64,000 nt of DNA, taken from the IMG/VR virus record IMGVR_UViG_3300030372_002234, positions 8,876 to 72,875 of that record, one strand, 5' to 3'. Origin of the DNA: a virus (Duplodnaviria > Caudoviricetes). The notes under the pieces are model-generated. The model had not been told where the DNA came from and did not search any database. It saw nothing but the letters and a program-made list of their open reading frames with translations. Below, piece after piece: positions 17,048 through 25,747 of this stretch (the stretch's first letter is position 1; each line of letters begins with the position of its first letter). The position numbers and the translations under genes are program-made.

Positions 17048-17074
17048 ACTGCTGGGCATCAGTATAAACTGCCC
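17048..17074 (+). ncRNA. Small H-type pseudoknot motif
   Basis: Stem 1 ACTG/CAGT; loop GGGCA pairs with downstream TGCCC; linker ATAAAC shared with the pistol ribozymes; intergenic. Confidence 0.45.
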
Positions 17075-17098
17075 TTTCATTTTCAGAAAGGCATTCAA

Positions 17099-17359
17099 AT
17101 GCTTGAAGAGTTTCGTGTCTTTGTTTACGATGACTTCGTTAAGGCACGGGCTGGTCATCCAGCTATCCGTGTCTGGAATTTTGAAACCGAAGAAAAGGCT
17201 CTTAAGGTAGCCAAGGAGCTATGCGAAAAGTTTAACGAAGAGAAGGATTACATGAAGAATCTCTGTCGTTATTCTGTTAAGGTGCATCGCTTTCACGGAT
17301 TTAACCTGAAGTTTAGAACGGAGCATCCCTTGTTTAATTCATTAGAGGAGTACAAATGA
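17099..17359 (+). CDS. Hypothetical protein
   Basis: 86-aa ORF with AAAGG SD. Confidence 0.7.
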   Translation: MLEEFRVFVYDDFVKARAGHPAIRVWNFETEEKALKVAKELCEKFNEEKDYMKNLCRYSVKVHRFHGFNLKFRTEHPLFNSLEEYK

Positions 17360-17625
17360 TCGAAGAAGAGTACGACTACCGTGATCACCATGTGGTGGTT
17401 GAGATTGAATTGATGGAGGACAACCAGAAGATCTGGTACTTAGTGACCTGTCCTGACGGGGAAGAAAGGACTGTAGATGTCTCCCCTTACGGTAATCAGA
17501 ATGAAGTCGTAAAGAAATGGATTGATATGTTCTATCAACACGGTGAGTATTTTAGCCGTATTGGTATTGGTCCCTTGACTATGTATGATTTAGAGTTAAT
17601 TGATATTTCTCAGAAGATTTCCTAA
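17356..17625 (+). CDS. Hypothetical protein
   Basis: ATGA overlap with the upstream gene; GAGGAG SD. Confidence 0.75.
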   Translation: MIEEEYDYRDHHVVVEIELMEDNQKIWYLVTCPDGEERTVDVSPYGNQNEVVKKWIDMFYQHGEYFSRIGIGPLTMYDLELIDISQKIS

Positions 17626-17626
17626 A

Positions 17627-17660
17627 GGGGTCCGCCAAGGTGGCGGGCCTCTGTTTATTT
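17627..17660 (+). terminator. Intrinsic terminator-like hairpin
   Basis: GGGGTCCGCCA-AGG-TGGCGGGCCTC followed by TGTTTATTT. Confidence 0.6.
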
Positions 17661-17687
17661 CTATGCCATAAAGGCAGAAAGACTATT

Positions 17688-18020
17688 ATGTCTAACTACA
17701 ACACTAGCGTTTCTTCACCCGTCCGTGGCCGCATCACCCGCAAGGACGGCAAGCCGTTCACTGCAAAGGTGACCTTCTGGATTAACAAGAAGGAGCAGGG
17801 CGAAAAGAAAACTTGGGAAGTGGACTTGGAAGGTCTGACTATTCTCGAAATGATTGATCGAGTCAGGCAGATTGAAAAGAACTACAAGGCCAAGTACGGT
17901 ATCAAGTGTACTGTGTGGCGTGTGAACAGTGGCCCTAGCCTGTTCATGGACCGTATCAAGGACATGCAGCAGAGCCGACGCGAGTGGGCTATCGCTCAGG
18001 CCGCCGGAGAACAGCGTTGA
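17688..18020 (+). CDS. Hypothetical protein
   Basis: In-frame ATG at 17688 (MSNYNTSVSSPV...), downstream of the terminator hairpin. Confidence 0.7.
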   Translation: MSNYNTSVSSPVRGRITRKDGKPFTAKVTFWINKKEQGEKKTWEVDLEGLTILEMIDRVRQIEKNYKAKYGIKCTVWRVNSGPSLFMDRIKDMQQSRREWAIAQAAGEQR

Positions 18021-18037
18021 GCGGCTGCTCGACTCAA

Positions 18038-18092
18038 GAGGTATCCCGAGTCCCCTCTGAGGCATACGTCTCAGAGGGGGTCTCCGGGCCTC
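18038..18092 (+). other. Long imperfect hairpin at the early/middle boundary
   Basis: 12-bp core CCCCTCTGAGGC-ATAC-GTCTCAGAGGGG, extended by CCCG/CGGG and GAGG/CCTC. Confidence 0.6.
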
Positions 18093-18246
18093 ACACGGAA
18101 CCTGTTGACTTGGGGGCTGCCCTCCTTGTTTTTATATTAGTAGTTTTATTATGCTATAGATTACTCAAGAATACTAAGGATTGATCCGATGATTATGTAG
18201 CGTCCAAAAAACCCACGTTATTGGTATAGCTACATAAGGAAAAGCT

Positions 18247-18627
18247 ATGAGTAAACTGTATGACCGTGATGGATTCTGCGTGTTCGGTACACAACCTAAA
18301 GCTACTACGCTTGTTGTGAACGACCGTGTGTATCTCATCGTTGACCGTAGGCGTAACCAAGATAACCTGAATGAAGCACAGCAATTGCACATGCAAGGGC
18401 TGCTGAATGTCCATGATCCTTATGTGGACTGGAGGGCTGTCACTGACAAGAAAGGAAAGTCTACCGATAAGGGAATGCTGAATGTATTCCCATCCATTGC
18501 ACAGCAGTGGAAGAATCAGATGAAAGGTAAGTACATTAAACCCAAGACTTATATGACTGATAACCCTGATAAGATGGGTGAAGATAAGCATTGGGAAGTT
18601 CTTAAGTCTTACCTAGAAAGGAATTAG
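18247..18627 (+). CDS. Hypothetical protein
   Basis: 126-aa ORF with AAGGA SD. Confidence 0.7.
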   Translation: MSKLYDRDGFCVFGTQPKATTLVVNDRVYLIVDRRRNQDNLNEAQQLHMQGLLNVHDPYVDWRAVTDKKGKSTDKGMLNVFPSIAQQWKNQMKGKYIKPKTYMTDNPDKMGEDKHWEVLKSYLERN

Positions 18628-18628
18628 A

Positions 18629-19108
18629 ATGTTTAAACATATACCTGATGTGATTAGCGATGAAGAAGCTGTTTCTTTAATTAATGAAACAAGAAACGGA
18701 GAGGTCTTCAGGCTTTTGCGTCACGGCGGTAACGATATCGTCGAAAGATTAGTCAGTATTGTAAAAGAACACGCGCCTGCTAAAACAACAGGCAAAGCGT
18801 ACTGGCGTGTAGAATCTAAAGGTGACGGACACGATTGGCATTATGATGGGGCATATGAAAATGGTAAGCCCAATCATATGGCATGGTGTCAGTACTCAGC
18901 AGTTGTATTGCTATCAGACCCAAGTACATTCAATGGCGGTGAATTTGAATACCGTAATTCAGAAGATGAAATAGTTTCTTTGAAAGAAGAACTCCACAAG
19001 AATATGATTGTGTATTCTAGTGGGATTGATAATGATCCTGTTCTGCATAGAGCTAACCCTCACGGTGAGGGTAGACGCTTTGTGCTTCTCATGTTTTTTG
19101 AAGGTTGA
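18629..19108 (+). CDS. 2OG-Fe(II) oxygenase (prolyl 4-hydroxylase-like)
   Basis: DWHYD (HxD), YSAVVLLS, FNGGEF, distal VLHRANP His and GRRFVL Arg. Confidence 0.85.
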   Translation: MFKHIPDVISDEEAVSLINETRNGEVFRLLRHGGNDIVERLVSIVKEHAPAKTTGKAYWRVESKGDGHDWHYDGAYENGKPNHMAWCQYSAVVLLSDPSTFNGGEFEYRNSEDEIVSLKEELHKNMIVYSSGIDNDPVLHRANPHGEGRRFVLLMFFEG

Positions 19109-19111
19109 AAA

Positions 19112-19285
19112 ATGATTTATTCTATCGTTCGTGAGCTTGAAGATAACAAGCTTTGGTTCAACGTTGTTTCTGTAGCTGACGGTAAATTCAAAGATGGTTT
19201 CGATAACCGAGAGGATGCCGAGCGATTCGTAGCTCACCTCGAAGCCGATGATGCCACTGGTGTCCTCGAACAGGAGCGTAAGTAA
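19112..19285 (+). CDS. Small hypothetical protein
   Basis: 57-aa ORF read from the sequence (MIYSIVRELEDNKLW...); TAATG coupling to the next gene. Confidence 0.55.
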   Translation: MIYSIVRELEDNKLWFNVVSVADGKFKDGFDNREDAERFVAHLEADDATGVLEQERK

Positions 19286-19527
19286 TGTGTAAGAAACTAA
19301 AAACGGAAGACATCATCACTACTAAGGATCACCTCCAAGACATTGACTACCTTGCAGGTAGGGCACTCATGATATACAATGAGAAGTATGAAGGTGAGGC
19401 TGATTCATGGTTGGATGATATCAAGGACATTCAAAGAAAATGTTCTATTCTATTGACTAGAGATTTCACTAGGCGGGCTGATGCCCGTGCAGCAAGATAT
19501 GCAAAGCTTACAAGAAAGGAAGAGTAA
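19285..19527 (+). CDS. Hypothetical protein
   Basis: 80 aa; TAATG coupling at both ends. Confidence 0.65.
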   Translation: MCKKLKTEDIITTKDHLQDIDYLAGRALMIYNEKYEGEADSWLDDIKDIQRKCSILLTRDFTRRADARAARYAKLTRKEE

Positions 19528-19733
19528 TGTTTATTGCAGAGATTATGTATCGTGGTGACTTGCATGAGACCCTTTATCTCAATGACAGGGAGCCGTCCAA
19601 TCTGGAAGTTATCAAACAAGAAATTGATTTGAACTATCCCGGCGAGGAGGATCACGTTCGAGTCACTCTTATTAATCAGGATACAGATGAACAAGAGGAT
19701 ATTACCGGAGAAATAACATGTTCACAGAAATGA
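19527..19733 (+). CDS. Hypothetical acidic protein
   Basis: 68 aa; translationally coupled. Confidence 0.65.
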   Translation: MFIAEIMYRGDLHETLYLNDREPSNLEVIKQEIDLNYPGEEDHVRVTLINQDTDEQEDITGEITCSQK

Positions 19734-20386
19734 ACGTTGAGATGGTAGATAGTATGGGAGGAGACTTAGATGTAGTTAACGCTGCTCGTGTCTCTTTCTC
19801 TAAAGAAAGTAATGAGCTTGGTAATAACGATATTAAACTTATTAACTATCTCGCCAAGCATAATCATTGGACTCCCTTTGCTCATTGCTTTGTAAAGTTT
19901 AGGGTTAAGGTTCCTATCTTTGTAGCAAGGCAGTGGTTCAAGCATACTGTTGGCTTTGCTTACAACGAGGTAAGCAGACGCTATGTATCAGGAAACCCTG
20001 AGTTGTTTGATGTTAACGTATGGAGAGGTAAACCTGAAGATAACATTAAGCAAGGATCTAGTAGCAAAGTAATATATGTTACTAAAGAAACTACTGAGCT
20101 TATGGAAATAATGGTAGCTCACTACAATATTCTTATCAAGCAAGGTATTGCACCGGAGATGGCACGTATGGTGTTGCCTCAGGCTACAATGACTGAGTAC
20201 ATCGTAAGTGGTAGCCTTGCGGCATGGGCTAGGTTCTACAACCTCAGGGCAGACGATCACGCGCAGCATGAAATTCGCTGGTGTGCTGAACAGATCGGTG
20301 AGAAGATGGTAAAGTATTACCCCAATAGTTGGGCTGCTCTTTGTAACAACTGTAAGGAATGGAACTTTGGCGAAGAAGAACATTAA
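19718..20386 (+). CDS. thyX: FAD-dependent thymidylate synthase ThyX
   Basis: VVNAARVSF, HWTPFAH, ARQWFKH...NEVSRRYV ThyX motif, APEMARMVLPQ, HAQHEIR. Confidence 0.95.
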   Translation: MFTEMNVEMVDSMGGDLDVVNAARVSFSKESNELGNNDIKLINYLAKHNHWTPFAHCFVKFRVKVPIFVARQWFKHTVGFAYNEVSRRYVSGNPELFDVNVWRGKPEDNIKQGSSSKVIYVTKETTELMEIMVAHYNILIKQGIAPEMARMVLPQATMTEYIVSGSLAAWARFYNLRADDHAQHEIRWCAEQIGEKMVKYYPNSWAALCNNCKEWNFGEEEH

Positions 20387-20477
20387 GTTTAAAGAGTTTA
20401 GAGGTCGCACTGCTGGTAAGCCAAGGCGATCTAAAAAGAATAAGTACGGCCTACGAAAAAGTGGGAGAAAGAATTGA
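20367..20477 (+). CDS. Small basic peptide
   Basis: TTG start 8 nt after AAGGA; MAKKNIKFKEFRGRTAGKPRRSKKNKYGLRKSGRKN. Confidence 0.35.
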   Translation: MAKKNIKFKEFRGRTAGKPRRSKKNKYGLRKSGRKN

Positions 20478-20480
20478 CGT

Positions 20481-20684
20481 ATGAGTCCGAAGGATCATAA
20501 CGATTGGCGTAAGACTGATCGTGCTAAAGATAAGATTAAAGAACAAAAGAAAAAGAATAATAAGCATCAGAAGAAACATTGGTCCGAGTGGGCTGGTGAC
20601 AACCTTTCTCATCCAGATGACTCAGTAGATATGAGTCAACAAGAATGGGAAAATTTCCTTGAAGGAAACTCAGATGATAAATGA
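20481..20684 (+). CDS. Hypothetical protein
   Basis: 67-aa charged ORF. Confidence 0.55.
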   Translation: MSPKDHNDWRKTDRAKDKIKEQKKKNNKHQKKHWSEWAGDNLSHPDDSVDMSQQEWENFLEGNSDDK

Positions 20685-21012
20685 ACGAGATTGTATTCGT
20701 TATAGTATTCACCTTCCTGAAATTATTAGTAAAACAGATAGCATTAAAAGAGATGAACTAAAGAAATTAATTCTTGATGTTTCTCCCTTTACCGTCATAC
20801 GAGAAACAGATCTAACGTGTATGATTAAAGAAGGCGAAGTATCTTTTGTTAAGTGGACAGTTTCTGTTTCTTTGAGCGATGCTGAAAAACTATTTAACTT
20901 AATGACTTGGTGGGCTGATGAATATACTACTGACAGACTAAACACCGAAGGTAAAATGATGAATGACATTATGATAGAAAAGGAATTTATAAGAAGAATT
21001 TATATGGGATAA
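20674..21012 (+). CDS. Hypothetical protein
   Basis: In-frame ATG at 20674 after AAGGA. Confidence 0.6.
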   Translation: MINERDCIRYSIHLPEIISKTDSIKRDELKKLILDVSPFTVIRETDLTCMIKEGEVSFVKWTVSVSLSDAEKLFNLMTWWADEYTTDRLNTEGKMMNDIMIEKEFIRRIYMG

Positions 21013-21016
21013 TTAA

Positions 21017-21136
21017 ATGAATGGAGCAGATGGATTTTTATTGTATCAGTTAGGTTGTTTTGATTACTTTTTGTTTCTTGTTTTAATTGGTATTCTTATT
21101 GGCTTTATTGGTAAAGCCTTTGATTTATTTGACTAA
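21017..21136 (+). CDS. Small membrane protein
   Basis: 39 aa with a hydrophobic stretch FLFLVLIGILIGFIG. Confidence 0.45.
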   Translation: MNGADGFLLYQLGCFDYFLFLVLIGILIGFIGKAFDLFD

Positions 21137-21151
21137 GAAAGGTCAACTACT

Positions 21152-22132
21152 ATGTCTCACGAAATTACTGCTACCGACTCCGCCGTCTTTCAGGGAACCA
21201 AGGCTTGGCACGGGCTGGGCTACGTTGTTGAGGATGATATGAGTCCCCTTGCTGCTGTTGAAACGGCTGGTCTTGATTGGTACGTCCACAAGACTGATGG
21301 TGTGTTCGGTTATACAGATAAGGGTTCAACTGTCATGGATCATAAGCGATGTATGACATACCGTGAAGATACCAAAGAAGTTCTTGGTTACGTGTCTGGT
21401 GATTACAATGTCTTCCAGAATGTGGAACTTGCCAAGCTTGCAATGTCTGTTTCAGAGAAAGCTAATGTTGAATCTGCTTTCTCTATGATGGGCGGTAAGC
21501 GTATCGTGCTGCTACTCAAGGGCGGCAGCATTGAGGTTGGTAACATGAACGATGTGCTTGATGATTACTTCTGTCTTGTTAATGGTCACGATGGTAAGTT
21601 CTCTCTTCGTGCATTCGGTACGTCAGTGCGAGTGGTGTGTAACAACACGCTTCAGATGGCACTGTCACAGGCCAGAGGACAGACTTACTCAATTAGTCAC
21701 AACGGTGACTTTGAGACTAAGCTCGATGACATGCGTCGAGCGTTGGGTCAGTACACTAAGTCACGCGACTGGTTTGCTACTACTGTTAACGAACTTGCAA
21801 AGAAAGAAGTTAATACCAGTATGCTTGAAACGTTCTGGATGGAATCATTCGCAATGACTGTGGGTGATGATGTCCTTAAGGATCGCGACCGTTCAATCAA
21901 GGAATCCATCAAGTTCCTTGAGAACGTCAAGGTTACTTTTGAACAAGAACGTGACGCACTCAAGGTGCCTGCTTCCATGTGGCTTGCTGCTAACGCAGTG
22001 ACCAACTACGTGCAGCACAAGACTGGTGACCGTGGGCGCAAGCCTTCGTATGAAAGTCGGGCTGGCGACGTTCTTATGGGCAAGAGGGCTGACCTCTCCC
22101 GTAAGGTGATGAAGCACGCCATGACCGTGTAA
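21152..22132 (+). CDS. DUF932 family phage/plasmid protein
   Basis: AWHGLG N-terminus, VLGYVSGDYNVFQN, NGHDGKFS, VRVVCNNTL, W-x-A-x-NAVT. Confidence 0.88.
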   Translation: MSHEITATDSAVFQGTKAWHGLGYVVEDDMSPLAAVETAGLDWYVHKTDGVFGYTDKGSTVMDHKRCMTYREDTKEVLGYVSGDYNVFQNVELAKLAMSVSEKANVESAFSMMGGKRIVLLLKGGSIEVGNMNDVLDDYFCLVNGHDGKFSLRAFGTSVRVVCNNTLQMALSQARGQTYSISHNGDFETKLDDMRRALGQYTKSRDWFATTVNELAKKEVNTSMLETFWMESFAMTVGDDVLKDRDRSIKESIKFLENVKVTFEQERDALKVPASMWLAANAVTNYVQHKTGDRGRKPSYESRAGDVLMGKRADLSRKVMKHAMTV

Positions 22133-22139
22133 TCCCCCC

Positions 22140-22155
22140 GCCCCCTTCGGGGGGC
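22140..22155 (+). other. GC hairpin just upstream of tRNA-Lys
   Basis: GCCCCC-TTCG-GGGGGC; UUCG tetraloop. Confidence 0.5.
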
Positions 22156-22160
22156 AACCC

Positions 22161-22233
22161 GCCCTCATAGCTCAGTTGGTAGAGCATTCGGCTTTTAACC
22201 GATCGGTCGCAGGTTCGAGTCCTGCTGAGGGTA
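22161..22233 (+). tRNA. tRNA-Lys(UUU)
   Basis: Acceptor GCCCTCA/TGAGGGT; D-arm GCTC/GAGC; anticodon loop CTTTTAA; T-loop TTCGAGT; CCA not encoded. Confidence 0.95.
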
Positions 22234-22248
22234 TTAAGGAGATTTATT

Positions 22249-22344
22249 ATGATTGTTATTACTAACCCTGATTGTCCCGTTTGTAAGGGTACTGGAACAG
22301 ATACCCGTGGACCCATTGCCGAGGAGTGCCCTAAGTGTGAATAA
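22249..22344 (+). CDS. 31-aa Zn-ribbon-like peptide (CxxC...CxxC)
   Basis: AAGGAG SD; MIVITNPDCPVCKGTGTDTRGPIAEECPKCE. Confidence 0.5.
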   Translation: MIVITNPDCPVCKGTGTDTRGPIAEECPKCE

Positions 22345-22348
22345 ATTA

Positions 22349-22867
22349 ATGGATGAAATGTATACGTTTCATAATGAAATTGCTTTAAGAGAAAATGCTT
22401 CGGCTGCTTCGGTAGCCTCGCTGGCAGCAGTCGGGAAGGATTACTTTACGTCCATAGCGGGAGGACTTCTCACCCTCGGTGAAATCCACGCTCCACTATC
22501 ACAGACCCATAAGTTTATCAGCCGTTGCTCCGAGCTTAACTATGAAAACGAAATCAAAACTCACTTGCTTAATCACTACAAGATCCCCGGATGGGGTTCA
22601 TCTTTTGTCAAGGGTAATCCAGACTCGGTGTTCTTTGCAGTTGACTGTATGCTTGAAGGAAGTAAAACACAAGAAAGTCAAAAGAGGGTAACTGAATTTC
22701 TACACGAAAAAGGATTAATGTTATATCCAAACGCTTCCTACTATACTGTAGCATGTTGCATTGAATCGGGAATCCCTATCGAAAAAGCAGCGTTCCATCT
22801 TGTTAATGCTAGGCTCCCTGCTTGGACAGAATTGTGGATGTTGACTAAAGAAAAGAAACTTCGGTAG
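22349..22867 (+). CDS. Citrate synthase / citryl-CoA lyase-like protein with a degenerate active site
   Basis: ENASAASVASLAAVGKDYFTSIAGGLLTLGEIHAP, KIPGWGSSFVKGNPD and LYPNASYYT parallel the citrate synthase NAST..GPLHGGA, IPGFGHRVYK..DPR and PNVDFY blocks. Confidence 0.7.
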   Translation: MDEMYTFHNEIALRENASAASVASLAAVGKDYFTSIAGGLLTLGEIHAPLSQTHKFISRCSELNYENEIKTHLLNHYKIPGWGSSFVKGNPDSVFFAVDCMLEGSKTQESQKRVTEFLHEKGLMLYPNASYYTVACCIESGIPIEKAAFHLVNARLPAWTELWMLTKEKKLR

Positions 22868-22931
22868 CTCAGTTGGATAGAGCAGTTGACTTCTAATCAA
22901 CAGGTCGAAGGTTCGAGTCCTTCCCGAAGTG
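22858..22931 (+). tRNA. tRNA-Arg(UCU)
   Basis: Acceptor ACTTCGG/CCGAAGT; anticodon stem GTTGA/TCAAC with loop CTTCTAA; T-arm GAAGG-TTCGAGT-CCTTC. Confidence 0.95.
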
Positions 22932-22935
22932 TAAT

Positions 22936-23020
22936 GGCTCTGTGGCGGAATTGGCAGACGCAACGGACTTAAAATCCGTCGAGGGTAAACCTCATGGGGG
23001 TTCGAGTCCCCCCGGAGCTA
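22936..23020 (+). tRNA. tRNA-Leu(UAA)
   Basis: Acceptor GGCTCTG/CGGAGCT; anticodon stem ACGGA/TCCGT with loop CTTAAAA; long variable arm; T-arm GGGGG-TTCGAGT-CCCCC. Confidence 0.95.
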
Positions 23021-23036
23021 TTAGAAAGGAGTATTT

Positions 23037-23231
23037 ATGTACGGTAAAGGCGATAAATACAGAGACGTTGATAAGAAAAAGTACGATGAACAGTATGAAA
23101 AGATTTTTGGAAAGAAAAAATTTAACATCATGAGTGACAAGGAGTCCAATGACAGTATGGGAAACGTACACAAAAGAAGAAAAGACAAGGCTAACAAATC
23201 TTCAGTTAGCAAACGAAGACAAAGCCGCTAA
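23037..23231 (+). CDS. Small basic hypothetical protein
   Basis: AAGGAG SD; GKGDKYRDVDKKKYDEQYEKIFGK motif typical of small phage ORFs; overlaps the RNAP start. Confidence 0.55.
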   Translation: MYGKGDKYRDVDKKKYDEQYEKIFGKKKFNIMSDKESNDSMGNVHKRRKDKANKSSVSKRRQSR

Positions 23232-25713
23232 ACAGTCTATTGCAAAGTATCTTAACAATGTTAACATGTCCCCTAGTGCTTCTCCAAGAGAAAAGGAATT
23301 TGTATTTGACTATACAGAATACCTTAGTGATTACATTAAGTGGACAGAAGAGCAGTACGAAAAAGTAAAGAAGAAGCCTTATTGGCTTACTATTGCTCAT
23401 TTGTTAGGTGCTGAACGTTGTGCTGCTATTGTTGTTAAAGCTTTACTTGATAGTTGCTTATCGTCTCGTTTGATACAAGCATCAGACGGCATTAAATACG
23501 ATAACTATAACTTAGGAGACTTAAGATCCCAGACTAAACAAAATATACTTGGAGTTATATCAAGAGAACTGTGGCTTGCTATTGGCATACGCTTGGCTAA
23601 AGAAAACTACGGCGAAGAGTTTGCCCGACAGTCTCATTACTTCAAGAACTGGAACAAAAAGAGAATGAAAGCGTTTGCACGTAAGTGTCAAACGTTGCCT
23701 ACATGGGATAACCAAAAAAGAAATGTGGTTGCCTTATCGTTTTATACTTTAATGGTAGGAAACAAAGAAAGCGTTATGCCCTTTGTTGAGAATCCTATTA
23801 CTATTGTAAAGAACGGTCAGATTAAAAGACATACTATTATCTCCTTGCGAGAAGAGTTTACGAAAAACTTTGAGGCATTTCATAATTTCTACCAATACTA
23901 TAAGTGGTTGTATTACCCGATGGTGTGCCCACCTATTCCTCACAACTATCCTAACAGGACAGCAGAGGACTGGGGTGGTGCTTTACATCTAGAGTACAGG
24001 AAGTCATCTGTTCATAACACAAGAGCAGGTAATTACTACAAGAACAATAGTGAGCATAGCCAGCAGTCAATCAATGCGCTTAATGCATTGCAAGGTACTG
24101 AATGGAGCATCAACAAAAGAGTTCTTGAAGTAATGACAAACCTGTACAAGTCTAATCGACAGGTGTGTAACCTACCTCCTTATGAGCACGATGAGTTTGT
24201 GTTTAGCAAACCTTTCCCTGAAGGGGAAGAAAAAGAAGTAATAGCTAAATGGAAAAACGAACGGGCGGAAGCTTGGGGTCTATGGGAAAAGACTAAGCAA
24301 AAGAGAATGCAAATGGAAATGCGTTTGCTTATTGCTGATGATCTTAAAGACCTGACGTTTTGGCACGGCTATTCTTCTGACTTCAGAGGCAGATGCTATA
24401 CGCAGTCATCGTTTCTATCTCCTCAGAGTGGTGACTTTGACTGCGGCATAATCCAGTTTGCTGAAGGTGCTAAACTAGAAGCAAATGAAGTTAAAGAAAA
24501 ATGTGATTACTTTTGGTTAAAGGTTCACTTAGCTAATAGGTGGGACTTTGATAAAGCTTCTTTTGAAGAACGTGCTCAATGGGTAGATGATAATATTGAT
24601 ATGCTTCGTCAAGTGTACGAAGACCCTGAAGGTACTGTAGACCTCTGGAAAGATGACAAAGCTAAAAAGAATGTGTCATTCAGACGGCTGGCTGATACTA
24701 TTGATTTCTTTGTTGCTTTAGAAACAGGTTACTCGTATGTTCCTAAGAATCTCGATGGAACATGCAACGGTATTCAACATTGGGTTGGTACGACAAAAGC
24801 TGAAAACTTAGCTGAACTTGTCAATGTTATTAAAACTCTTAAACCGGGTGACATGTATAAGTTTATTGCTCATAACGCTACTGCAAAAATGGAAGCAGAG
24901 CGTGATGCCAATCAATACTTTGATATGTTTTTAACCCATTGGGAGCATACAGAAAAAGACAAGAAGATGCCAAGGGGGCTACCTAAAAGAACTGTAATGT
25001 GCGACCCCTACGGGGTTACGTTCTACAGCGCAAGGCAGTACATTCGATCTGAAGGACATCTTGACTGGTGCAGACCATTGCTCGAAGAGCGTGGCCTAAG
25101 CTGGCAGGGAGCCATCATGGAATGTACGTCAGTAATTTGGGAAGCACTGCAAGAAGCATTGATCTTACCTAATGAAGCTAAAGAATACATTAAAGATTGT
25201 GTTGAAGTTTGTTACAACAGTGATGACCGGAAGAAAAAGCCACTCCAATGGACAACTCCTTCTGGATTTAAAGTCAGGCAATATTATACAGAACATATAG
25301 AATATATTACTGATATTGCTTTACTGCTAAAGAATGATGTACGCATCAGATCTACGGCAGAAATGTGGCAGTTTACTGACAACATGGACGTTAGGAAAAT
25401 GGCTACTGCTATTCCTCCTAATTGGGTTCATTCAATTGATGCTGCTCATATGGTATTTGTGGTACTCGCTTTGCTAGTTATGGGTTGCAGAAACTTCTGT
25501 ATGATCCATGACAGCTTCGGCGTACCCGTCACTTACCTAAAGTATTTACCACGTATATCAAGGGAAACATTTTATGAAATTCACAAAGAAAGCCAACTCG
25601 AACTATTTAAACAAGACCTCGAAAACTTTTCCGGTCACGAACTCCCAGACATTCCTGAACAAGGTGGCCTCATTCCAGAAGAAATTCTCGAATCTGAATA
25701 TCTCTTCTGCTGA
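23149..25713 (+). CDS. T7-like single-subunit DNA-directed RNA polymerase
   Basis: DFRGRCY, motif A DGTCNGIQH, motif B RGLPKRTVMCDPYG, PPNWVHSIDAA and motif C MIHDSF in canonical order; ATG at 23149 after AAGGAG. Confidence 0.97.
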   Translation: MTVWETYTKEEKTRLTNLQLANEDKAAKQSIAKYLNNVNMSPSASPREKEFVFDYTEYLSDYIKWTEEQYEKVKKKPYWLTIAHLLGAERCAAIVVKALLDSCLSSRLIQASDGIKYDNYNLGDLRSQTKQNILGVISRELWLAIGIRLAKENYGEEFARQSHYFKNWNKKRMKAFARKCQTLPTWDNQKRNVVALSFYTLMVGNKESVMPFVENPITIVKNGQIKRHTIISLREEFTKNFEAFHNFYQYYKWLYYPMVCPPIPHNYPNRTAEDWGGALHLEYRKSSVHNTRAGNYYKNNSEHSQQSINALNALQGTEWSINKRVLEVMTNLYKSNRQVCNLPPYEHDEFVFSKPFPEGEEKEVIAKWKNERAEAWGLWEKTKQKRMQMEMRLLIADDLKDLTFWHGYSSDFRGRCYTQSSFLSPQSGDFDCGIIQFAEGAKLEANEVKEKCDYFWLKVHLANRWDFDKASFEERAQWVDDNIDMLRQVYEDPEGTVDLWKDDKAKKNVSFRRLADTIDFFVALETGYSYVPKNLDGTCNGIQHWVGTTKAENLAELVNVIKTLKPGDMYKFIAHNATAKMEAERDANQYFDMFLTHWEHTEKDKKMPRGLPKRTVMCDPYGVTFYSARQYIRSEGHLDWCRPLLEERGLSWQGAIMECTSVIWEALQEALILPNEAKEYIKDCVEVCYNSDDRKKKPLQWTTPSGFKVRQYYTEHIEYITDIALLLKNDVRIRSTAEMWQFTDNMDVRKMATAIPPNWVHSIDAAHMVFVVLALLVMGCRNFCMIHDSFGVPVTYLKYLPRISRETFYEIHKESQLELFKQDLENFSGHELPDIPEQGGLIPEEILESEYLFC

Positions 25714-25747
25714 GTGGTTGAAATCTATCCTTAAAGAAGGTAGAATC

